DNA from: Octopus vulgaris
Taxonomy: Eukaryota
DNA length: 64,000 nucleotides
Assembly (NCBI GenBank): GCA_951406725.2
Contig: OX597819.1
Location: 5,704,001-5,768,000 of the forward strand
Reading direction: 5' to 3'
Shown here: positions 39,363-50,375 of the stretch, piece by piece
Layout of the letters: every line of letters begins with the position of its first letter
How positions within the stretch are numbered: position 1 is the stretch's first letter
Program-made: the position numbers and the translations under genes
The notes under the pieces: generated by a model
The model's input: the letters and a program-made list of their open reading frames with translations, nothing else
Databases searched by the model: none
Told to the model about the DNA's origin: nothing

Positions 39363-40390
39363 TGTAGGAATGGCTGTGTGGTAAATAGCTTGCTTACCCT
39401 AAAGCTGAGGGAGGGGTGAAACTGTGGCCCCTCCCAGAGCGACGAGAGATGATTTTGTTGTCTTCTTCCAAAAGGGAGGGGCAATTCAGAGCTTCTTAAG
39501 GAAGATAGGGGGCCGGAGGAAGGATACCATGCCCTGGACTTAAGACTTGGATTGGCCTCCGCAGGTGACTACGGAGGTCATATCGGACGTCGACATATTC
39601 AGGGTGATGGACTCCTTTCCGAAGGACCAGTTTAGGTTCGTCTTCTGGGGCCCCGACATGGTGCTGGAGCATAGCCTGCAGGAGGCATACGGCCTGATCA
39701 GGGAGGAGGGATAAAGAGGCTTTAGTGCCTAAATGCTTATTGTTTGTAAGAGGCTCAGTACCTCAATTTCTAATGGACTATTAAGTCCAGTAATTGTAGA
39801 ACTGAGGTAAGAGGTTTCATACCTCGTTTTGTTTTTCGTTTTGAAAAAAAAAAAAGAATGATGTTTTAGAGCAGCAGAAGATCGACGGGCATCTTATACC
39901 TGCTCCCATTTATACCATCCTTTTCATCACTGATCTCATTAATGCTTTTTGTCCAGCCAGCAAGCTACTCCTTCTGTATACGGCCTTCATGGCCAATGAA
40001 ACGAAATAAAGTAGCTTGCTAACCAATCACATGGTTCTGGGTTCAGTCCCACTGCATGGCACCTTGGGCAAGTGTCTTCTACTATAGCCTCGGGCCGACC
40101 AAAGCCTTGTGAGTGGATTTGGTAGACGGAAACTGTAAGAAGCCCGACGTATATATGTATATATATATATATGTGTGCATATATGTTTGTGTGTCTGTTT
40201 GTCCACCCAACATCGCTTGGCAACCGATAGTGGTGTGTTTACGTCCCCGTAACTTAGCGGTTCGGCAAAAGTAATCGATAGAATAAGTACTAGGCTTACA
40301 AAGAATAAGTCCTGGGGTCAATTTGCTCGACTAAAGGCGGTGTCCCAGCATGGCTGCAGTCAAATGACTGAAACAAGTAAAAGAGTAAAA
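39363..40390 (+). mobile_element. SINE family A copy interrupted in its head
   Basis: Head at 39363-39398 and remainder at 40009-40390. Confidence 0.85.
39399..40010 (+). mobile_element. 5'-truncated retro-insertion with a Tx1-like 3' tail, inside a family A SINE head
   Basis: Flanked by an imperfect ~16 bp TSD (aaatagcttgcttacc at 39383-39398, aagtagcttgctaacc at 40009-40024). GC-rich coding-like frame at 39421-39714 with one internal stop. 3' end gccttcatggccaatgaaacgaaataaa. Confidence 0.75.
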
Positions 40391-41296
40391 TAGTCGCGTT
40401 TGTTTGTTGGTCCGTGGACAAGATTTCTCAAGATATGGATTCGGATGACACTTTCAGGGATTTTTGGCCTTGTGACTGGCACGAACTGAGTAGATTTTGG
40501 GATCGATCTGCTATGGGACAAGGATTCTGGTTTATTTTTCCGTTTTTTTTTTACTTAATTTTTGAGAGTGGTCGGGTTCATTTTTAGTATTCTCGTTTGT
40601 GAGAGCAATCGAGTTTATTTCAGATATTCTCATTTTAAAAGTCATCTCCAGGTAATCGTTGAGAGGACGTTGATGTTGCCTTGGCGGATGTTTGCGCTCT
40701 CTGAGTGCTCTTGTTATTAACTTTTATTTCACCTGTATAAATTCTTTTTTAACGCAATTGAGAGTATTCAATCATTTACCTTACCCTTTCTACTATAGAC
40801 ACAAGGTCTAAAGTTTTAGTGGAAGTGGGCTAGTCGATTACATCGACCCCAGGGCTCAACTGGTACTTATTTCGTCGACCTAGAAAGGATAAAAGGCGAA
40901 GATGACCGCGGCGAAATTTGAACCCAGAACGTAATGGGTCGGACAAATTGCCGTTAAGCGTTTTGTCCGACGCGCTAGCGATTCTGCCAGCTTAACAAAA
41001 AATTTTATTTTGTGAGGTCGTTGTGCGTGTATGTGTGCGTGTCTGTGCGTGTGCGTGTGCGCGCGTTTGTGTGTGCGTGTGTGTGTGTGTAGCTAGTCGA
41101 TTACATCAATTTCAGCGCTCAACTGATACTTATTTTATCGACCCTGAAAAGTTTAGAGATAAATCTCTTATATAGACCCAAGGGGCTAGAAATTTAGAGA
41201 AGAAAAAAATCGATGAAATAGTTGTAACCTGTGTAGTAGATATATAAGCAGGTAAATTCAACTATTTGTATTTGACTAGTATTTTATTCCATCGAT

Positions 41297-41680
41297 GGAA
41301 GCACTCCGTCGGTTACGACGATGAGGGTTCCGGCTGATCCGAATGAACGGAACAGCCTGCTCGTGAAATTAACGTGTAAGTGGCTGAGTACTCCACAGGC
41401 ACGTGCACCCTTAACGTAGTTCTCGGGGATATTCAGCGTGACACAGAGAGTGACAAGGCCGGCCCCTTGAAATACAGGTACAACAGAAACAGGAAGTAAG
41501 AGTGAGAGAAAGTTGTGGTGAAAGAGTACAGCAGGGATCACCACCATTCCCTGCCGGAGCTTCGTGGAGCTTTTAGGTGTTTTCGCTCAATAAACACTCA
41601 CAACGCCCAGTCTGGGAATCGAAACCGCGATCCTATGACCGCGAGTCCGCTGCCCTAACCACTGGGCCATTGCGCCTCCA
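41297..41680 (-). mobile_element. SINE family C with TSD
   Basis: TSD attccatcgat at 41286-41296 and 41682-41692. Confidence 0.9.
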
Positions 41681-42304
41681 CATTCCATCGATACCCGAAT
41701 GATAAAAGGGAAGCATGTACTCGATGAGAATTGAACACAGACTCCAACCGCACATGCCTAATAAAATAATACAATTCACACGACCCATCCTCTTCATAAT
41801 ATCCACTTAATGGCATAATGCAACCGGGACAGTGCAGAATCCACACAATTACTCCCAATAAAATAACACAGCAGATATACTTATATAATACGTACCGAAC
41901 ACTATAATGCTTTCAACTCACACAGAACATACTAAAGATAAACGCCACCCTTCGAAATAACAACTCACATATCACATAGTTTACAAAATAAACAAACGAA
42001 ACTCTAAAATAATATCAGTGAAATAAATAACAAAGCAACAACTCCCCACAACAAAGCAAACTCGATATGCCATACAAACATAATTCTACACCTCAAAGTC
42101 AATGGTGCACATACCCCACAAACACGGTGGTGTACCTGTTGTTGCAGTATAAACTTACATAAAACTGTTGAAAACCAACATAATTGATGATCATGATGAT
42201 AATAACACTTCTTTCTAATTTTATCTCAATACCAGTAGTTTCTTTTAGGGAATGGGTAAGAAGTTGATTAAATCGATCCCAATGCTCAAGTGGTACTTAT
42301 TTTA

Positions 42305-42533
42305 CCGAGCTGGCAGAATCGTTAGGATGCCGGGCGAAATGCTTCGCGGTATTTCGTCTGCCGCTACGTTCTGAGTTCAAATTCCGCCGAGGTCGACTTT
42401 GCCTTTCATCTTTTCGGGGTCGATAAATTAAGCACCAGTTACGCACTGGGGTCGATATAATCGACTTAATCCGTTTGTCTGTCCTTGTTTGTCCTGTCTG
42501 TGTTTAGCCCCTTGTGGTTAGTAAAGAAATAGG
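42305..42533 (+). mobile_element. SINE family B, well-preserved copy
   Basis: Homology to 7108-7337. Confidence 0.85.
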
Positions 42534-43339
42534 TATTCCCTCCGTCGTTATGGTCTGAGTCCAAATTCCGCCGAGATCGCCGGACATTGCAGAGTTTTCA
42601 CACTGGGCCATTGCGCCTCCACCGCTAACGTGAACATATCAGGATCACAGAGGGTGTGTACAAATAATCTCGTCATCAGTCGGCAGGAGTTCGGGATTGT
42701 AAAACTTCTTCATTGAATTGAATAAATTCTTTTCGCTTCATGCAATAACATCAGTGTGCTATTCGACATTCACGCATGCATGCATACATACAGACAAACA
42801 AACATACATGCACACATACACACAGACACACATATATGTACGCACACATGCTCGCACGCACACACAAACAATTATATGTACATACATTATTCGGGCCCTG
42901 GGATATGTAAGACACTACCTAAATTCCAATCTTGAGAAATTAGGCCTCTCAAAACCAGAGCTAATTCGAAGACTACAGGAGTGGCTGTGTGGTAAGTAGC
43001 TTGTTTACCAACCACATGGTTCCGGGTTCAGTCCCACTGCGTGGCACCTTGGGCAAGTGTCTTCTACTATAGCCTCGGGCCGACCAAAGCCTTGTGAGTG
43101 GATTTGGTAGACGGTACACGTGTCTGTAAAAATCTGTAAAACTTTCCAGAAGTTTATCATTTAAATATATATGAGCATGTCTAGATATGAAACTATATGC
43201 ATGAGAATACATACATGAAACATACAAATCTGCACATACATACATACATACATAATACATACATACACACAAACACACACATACATGCATACATATCAAA
43301 ATACCAAAAAAAAGAGGTTCTATGGAACTTACAGGTAAA

Positions 43340-43440
43340 TAGAACCATTTTTTTGAATTCATCTTCGAAGGATATTCCTATACCATCTAGAAAGGAATAT
43401 ATTTTAAAATTTATTAATAATATTCACGATGTAATTTTTT
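43340..43440 (+). pseudogene. N-terminal fragment of a second Naiad ORF
   Basis: IFLNSSSKDIPIPSRKEYILKFI aligns with ILINSSMKDVPIPTKDHYTKELI of the 53218 ORF. Confidence 0.65.
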
Positions 43441-43496
43441 CTAAATGGTATCATTTAATTTTTTCATTGTTGAATTGATAAAAGGTTTTTTTTTTC

Positions 43497-43565
<69 letters not shown>

Positions 43566-43586
43566 ATATATGTAGATATATGTATG

Positions 43587-43617
<31 letters not shown>

Positions 43618-43627
43618 GTATATATAT

Positions 43628-43687
<60 letters not shown>

Positions 43688-43688
<1 letters not shown>

Positions 43689-44044
43689 GGCACTCCGTCG
43701 GTTACGACAACGAGGGTTTCAGTTGATCCGATCAACGGAACAGCTTGCTCGTGAAATTAACGTGTAAGTGGCAGACCCCTCCACAGATACGTGTATCCTT
43801 AACGTAGTTCTCGGAGAGATTCAGCGTGATACAGAGAGTGACAAGGCCGGCCCTTTGAAATACAGGTACAACAGAAACGGGAAGAAAGAGTGAGAGAAAG
43901 TTGTGGTGAAAGTACAGCAGAGTACGCCACCACCCCCGGCCGAAGCCTGGTGGAGCTTTAGGTGTTTTCGCTTAATAAACACTCACAATGCCCGGTCTGG
44001 GAATCGATACCGTGATCCTACGATCGCGAGTCCACTGAGCCATA
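43688..44044 (-). mobile_element. SINE family C, diverged copy within (TA)n
   Basis: Homology to 12559-12948. Confidence 0.82.
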
Positions 44045-44130
44045 ATATATATATACATAAGAGAGACTATGTGTGTGTGAGAGAGATAGGTATAGGCATG
44101 TATGTGTATATATATATATATATATATATG

Positions 44131-44276
<146 letters not shown>

Positions 44277-44822
44277 TATATATATATATATACAATGAGA
44301 GAGAGCAAGAAAGGAGAGGAAGTTCTAGAGAAAAATATAATAAACAAATAATATATCTATTAATGAGAATCATGTGAGGAATCTAAAACTCTATAATTAC
44401 CAAAACATAAACATGATGAAGTACAATATAAATATGTAAACTATGCAGTCGTCTACGATCAGATATTCGTACATTTGGCAGTTATAAACGCCCCGCTCCC
44501 AATGCGGTTGTCATTCGTTGTATGCATGTACTTGCATATTGCGTCAGATAAAAGAAAGGTCACTCACTGCATGATAAGAAAACGGATATTCTGTAATTAA
44601 GCGGGGTGTATAATGTATATGGGAAAAATGTTTGTCTGATGTTTATCTATCTGACATCCTTTTTTTGGCTCCAGCATAGCTTTGTATAATCAATGGACAA
44701 TGGCATGTTTGCTTCCCAACTTAGTTTCCGAAAAACTATTGCTTTATGTGTACATATATACATATATATGATATGATATGCATGTATGCATGCATATCAT
44801 ATCATATCATATCATATCATAT

Positions 44823-44877
<55 letters not shown>

Positions 44878-44952
44878 GAAATATATATATGAATTACATT
44901 ATTTATATTTTATATATGTATGCATATATATATACGTATATATATATGTATA

Positions 44953-44984
<32 letters not shown>

Positions 44985-45079
44985 CAACTGAGGGTAAAAT
45001 TAATTAGTTATTAATCAATTTTACCAAGTAGTGTTCAGTATGTAAAAGGACCATTTAAGGCGAATTCAAAATATTACAT

Positions 45080-45278
45080 TATATAATTAGGGCTTAGTAA
45101 AATAAATTACTTTGCCACACACTGAACTTTCTAGAAATAGCAGCCAAAAAGTTTTTAGCCATTTCCACTACTTTAAGAAAAAGTACTTTTCTTAAAGTAG
45201 TGGAAATGGCTAAAAACTTTTTGGCTGCTATTTCTAGAAAGTTCAGTGTGTGGCAAAGTAATTTATTTTACTAAGCCC

Positions 45279-45288
<10 letters not shown>
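45080..45288. repeat. Spacerless palindrome with ~104 bp arms
   Basis: Arms are reverse complements around gtac at 45183-45186. The only difference seen is A5 versus T4 at the centre. Confidence 0.93.
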
Positions 45289-45360
<72 letters not shown>

Positions 45361-45472
45361 TACGTGTATATATATATTCATATGTATATATACTTATATA
45401 TGTGTGTGTGTGTGTGTGTACTTACTGCCAAAGGCGATCCTACCCCATATTAAAATTAATTTGTTTGAAATG

Positions 45473-45508
45473 TTAAGGTGTTTCCATTATTTTGTCGAAC
45501 CACTGTAT
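45473..45508 (-). mobile_element. Solo Tc1/mariner-like terminus
   Basis: TA-CAGTGGTTCGACAAAATAATGGAAACACC on the minus strand. A neighbouring block (45563-45652) recurs at 29072-29162. Confidence 0.45.
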
Positions 45509-45518
45509 GCATATATAC

Positions 45519-45562
<44 letters not shown>

Positions 45563-45707
45563 TGACAAATTAAGCTGAAATGTTGAAGTGAATCGAACGG
45601 CCTTTGTGTGTTTCTTAAATGGCTTATAAACACCTTCCACGCTGCAATTGTTTTCGTTCCAGCACACGATCTCAGATCAAATAACTTGCTATGCGAGTAC
45701 ACCTCCG

Positions 45708-45764
<57 letters not shown>

Positions 45765-45804
45765 TAATCAAAATAAGCAACAGGATATCAAGAGATGATG
45801 CAGT

Positions 45805-46431
45805 ATGACCGTTGGCTGACCGGTTCGCGGAACAATTCCGAGGCATCAGACTCAGCAATGACACCCAGGTCTCACGCCATTTCCGCTCTACTTGTCATTC
45901 TTTACAACACCTGTCTGCATTCGGATTGTCCTTGCACAGGGGCCATCCGGATTCCTGTCTTCACCGTGAACAGGAATTAATCTCGTTTTGCTCCTTTGCG
46001 CAACAGGTGCTCAACAACCGGCCCTGCTTCATCTAACTCCCCTCATCTCTCCTCTCTTCCTCTCGTACCTACTTCCACTCTTCACTCTCACCCACCTCTC
46101 CTCTCCCCCCTTGCTCTGACACCTTCATCCTGCTCACCTTCTCCCTTCCACGTTCTATCTTCATCGTTACCCCATCGTTACTCCACCCCTACACAAACCA
46201 ACTCCACCATCTCTATACATCCCTATCCACATGTACACACACGCTCTCACATACCTCTATCCGGCCATCGCCATGATTGACCGCCTCTCTGTTAATTTCG
46301 TGTTTTCCTTTCAGTTTCACGTCGTAGGCTCGAAACATAAGACTTTCTCACCTTCCCTAGTGTTAAACTTTTATACATGTTTGTTGTTTACATACCTATC
46401 TTCGTCTTTTGGTTTTTTTGTGAGTTCCAAC

Positions 46432-46432
<1 letters not shown>
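45805..46432 (+). mobile_element. Penelope-like (Neptune-type) 3' remnant
   Basis: LADRFAEQFRGIR..VSRHF..HSLQHLSAFGL..REQELI..LN is a GIY-YIG C-terminus. C-rich UTR, a half-hammerhead gtaggctcgaaac at ~46325, and the end lies in (TA)n. Confidence 0.75.
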
Positions 46433-46476
<44 letters not shown>

Positions 46477-46479
46477 GTA

Positions 46480-46567
<88 letters not shown>

Positions 46568-46644
46568 TACATATATACACACATATATACACACCAGGTC
46601 TTTTGGTTTTTTTGTGAATTCCAACTATATATATATATATATAT

Positions 46645-46709
<65 letters not shown>

Positions 46710-46747
46710 TATATATATAATATATGTATATATATATATATACATAT

Positions 46748-47876
46748 ATAGGCAAGGAAAAATTGTAAAAATGCAGAATGCTCGATTGAAAGGAAATTTT
46801 AATGAAAGGAGAAAATGAAAAAATATATAAATATATATTTATTCAAACCGGTTTTCGTCATAGTTTGACATATCAAGAATAGTTAGGTGAAAAGATTTTT
46901 TAAAAATGAGAAAGGGGAAAAAAGTTGCATTGTTTTTTGCAAAAGAATAATAATAAATATGTATAAAAATTAAAAAATAAGTTCTCCGATACATTGTGAG
47001 TTCGTTGTGTATCTTGAGTTTAATGATTGTTCATGAAAAAATTACCTTGAGGTATTAGGATCCAATGGGATTAAGGCCATGTGTTGTTTGGTTTAATTTG
47101 GGATGTTGGTAAAACAGGAAGTAGTAGTAATTGTGGTTCTTCAGTTCCTGTGTTGTGAATAAGGGGAGACAACTCTTTTGAGTTCTTCAATAAAGGCTGC
47201 TGATAAACCCCAAATTATAAAATTGTCATTTTAGCTTCATTTGCATTATCTTTTTTATATAATTGTTTGTTAATTTAACTTTTAGATTTTAACACTTTAT
47301 TTATATTATTTTCTACTTATATAAATTTGCATAAACAATTGCATTTCAGATTGTTATATCATAAATAATAAAGATGATGGTAATAACAACAATAGTAAAA
47401 ATGACATTTAAAGAATATAAGTTTTTGCTTGAAGTGATGAATCTATGGTATCCTTATATATTTGTGTGAGTCCATCCATGAAGAATGAGGTAGAAAAGGG
47501 AAGTTCGATCAACAAGGAGTTTGTATATTAAGTTGTGTTTGGAATTTTTCAATAAAGAGATTCCCCTTGTTAATTCTCTCCTGTGTGGTGATGCCGTCTT
47601 TACATTGGTAGAAGGGGAATATATAGAATTTGGGGTTTAAGTCTTTAGCGCATGAGTCTATGTGGTCACTCAGTGGAATGTGTCGGTATTCCGGGAGATT
47701 TATTTGTTCTTTATGCACCGCTACTCGTTTACGTAACGAGAATCTCTTTATTGAAAAATTCCAAATATATAAGGATACCATAGATTCATCACTTTATATA
47801 TTTTTTCATTTTCTCCTTTCATTAAAATTTCCTTTCAATCGAGCATTCTGCATTTTTACAATTTTTCCTTGCCTAT
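46748..47876 (-). mobile_element. Penelope-like 3' remnant with an inverted 5' terminal copy
   Basis: LRKRVAVHKEQI..LSDHIDSCA..FYIFPFYQC..RINKGNLFIEKFQTQLN. An ~84 bp inverted repeat at 46748-46831 / 47793-47876. Flanked by (TA)n. Confidence 0.85.
46841..46880 (-). ncRNA. Variant minimal hammerhead (core UUGAUAU)
   Basis: Minus strand reads AUUC-UUGAUAU-GUCA-aacua-UGAC-GAAA-ACCGGU-UU-GAAU, near the 3' end of a GIY-YIG remnant. Confidence 0.55.
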
Positions 47877-47914
47877 ATATGTATATATATATATATACAT
47901 ATATTATATATATA

Positions 47915-47960
<46 letters not shown>

Positions 47961-47961
<1 letters not shown>

Positions 47962-48148
47962 TACAAAATTAGAGAATGGAGAAACATATTTAAATCAATA
48001 AAACATCAACTATCCGATGATACTCAATCCATACTTTAATACACCATTACATAGGAGTAAAGGCAATATATAAAATGAAATGAGATATACAGTAATAGTA
48101 AAAGTAAAAAGATAAAGAGATATAAGTAAAAAATTACAAATACAATAT
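47961..48148 (-). repeat. 3' pLTR copy of the Naiad element
   Basis: ctacaaaattagagaatgg...aattacaaatacaatat recurs at 53533-53720. Confidence 0.95.
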
Positions 48149-48163
48149 GCAAATAAATCAAAA

Positions 48164-48271
48164 CTGACAGCTGTTTCGGCAGTGAGGACAGTCATACCTC
48201 ATTTAACCTATAAGCCATAAAGGCAGGTATAAATGAGGCATTAACAAAGATGCCCCACGGCCTCTTCAGAG
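48164..48271 (-). ncRNA. Type I hammerhead ribozyme with extended stem II
   Basis: Minus strand reads CU-CUGAAGA-GGC...~80 nt hairpin...GCC-GAAA-CAGCUG-UC-AG. Canonical core, palindromic stem III, GUC cleavage triplet. Confidence 0.85.
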
Positions 48272-48613
48272 AATTAAATTAAATTTGTTATAATAGTGAA
48301 AAATATTATATAATCATATACATATAAATATAAAAATATAAAAAAGTAAAATATAAAAACTTATACATCATAATGCTACACTTGTATAATATAATACATA
48401 TTTGTACAAAAAGGAAGGTAACCAGAACAAAATAAAACAAAATATATAACAGTGTATATATAATATTAATAAGTACCGATATCATACATATTTAGCTAAT
48501 AGTTTTTTTTATAAAAAAAGGGGCTAACACATATGGAGATGAAAAATAATAATAATTAAATCCGTGGTACAGTTCATAAAATTCTAAAGCTATAAAAGTT
48601 AATAAAAATTACT

Positions 48614-48647
<34 letters not shown>

Positions 48648-50375
48648 GTAATAATAATAAAAAATAATAAAAATAGATACAGTTAAGTTATCACCAAGTC
48701 CATCCTTCCAAGATCGAAATAACTATGAGTTAAGAAATGCTGACCACTAGGTAAAGAAAATTTAGATTAATTCGATTGGCTATTGGTTTGAAATTTAAAT
48801 CACAAAAGAAAATTATACGGTTGGTTAGTCAGGGAACGCCAATATTCACACACGCATCTACAGATCAATCGCACATACACACATAGTTATATGTATATAC
48901 ATACACTTGTACATATACATAATCATAAGCAACAACTAACACTTAGATAAACAAATAGGGAAGCAACCATGCTAACACTAAGTCCTTCAAAATTATAACT
49001 GAGCCTCAATAACAAAAAAAGAACCATCCATGCATTCTATAAAATATTTAATTAAGATATAAATGTATTTTTAAATATCAGTATGTTACTAATTCAGATA
49101 ATTATTTCATGGGTAACTTAAAATTTGTAACACCGGTTTGTTGCAGAGTAAACATACGGTTGTTAGGTTTATCGTAAGTTTGTTATGATTTAAAGTACGC
49201 TAAATTATAAAATATAAAATATAAAATATATTAATTTAGATATTATAAATAAGTCACTTATTAACTTAATAAATATAGTGCCAAAATATACCAGTTTAGG
49301 CAATAAAAAATAGAGGGGGAAGTATTAATGTAAACGCTTATGAGAACATCACAGAAATTTTAAATAAATTTTATATTATAAAGACTTAATATGAAAAGAG
49401 ATAAAATAAATAAAAAGGAATAAATACGAAGGAATAAATACGGTTATACACATAATTATAAGTACAAACTAGTATATATGTATTCATATATTATTAAAAT
49501 AAATAAAAATAAATGATAGATATGTATGTATAAAACTACACCAGTATAAGTAAATAAGTAAAGAATAAATAGGTAACAAATTAAATGACTAGATATGTAT
49601 GTAAACATCTACACTTAAATAGGCAAATAAATAAATAAATAGAAGACTAGATGCAAATATTGATAATATTACAATAAAATGGGAAATAAATAAAAATAAA
49701 TAAAGTGAATATATATATTTTATATTGTTGAAAGTAAATATGTATGGAAGGATAGTTTAAAGTACAGATCCAGAGGACTATAGATATAAACTAAATATAT
49801 GAGGCTGGTAACAATTATAAAGCAAAATGTATGTAAATGAGAAAATGAAAAAAATGAAAAAGGTTTATCAGTGAATAACATAAGATACAAATTAAGGTGA
49901 GTACATAAAGACCAAATATATAATAAAAACCTTCCAAATCAGCACATACAAAAAGCCCATAATCTCAACCTAAACCCACCAAACTCACAAAAGGCTCTCA
50001 TATATTACATATTATACAATATCATTACATTATCCAGAGCTAGGTATCTAACCAAGATATACATATATACTTTGCAATATACTATGCAATATTGGAAAAC
50101 TTCAAAAATCACACATTACAAGGCAAATACCAAAATGAATATGTTATTTTATGTCATATTGCATTTCTCTTAAAAAAAACAAACAAAAACCCACATACAA
50201 AAACCAAGAAACCAATAATACTAGACACATCCAATTAGTTATTATACAAATGTAGCTATAAAAATTATAAAATTATGAAATTTATAAATTGTATACTTTA
50301 GAATTATAGAAGACCACAGGTATATTTAGTTAAAGAAGGGAATTAAAAAATTGATAATAGTGGAAGTGCTAAGTT

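Larger units (their letters stand above)
39333..40716 (+). mobile_element. Helentron-associated non-autonomous element (HINE/DINE-like) hosting a nested SINE and a retro-insertion
   Basis: 5' TTATTACCTCCGCC with an adjacent inverted copy GGCGGAGGT. 3' GGCGGATGT plus hairpin GCGCTC-tct-GAGTGC plus a T-rich end. The body resumes at ~40392 after the SINE. Confidence 0.75.
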
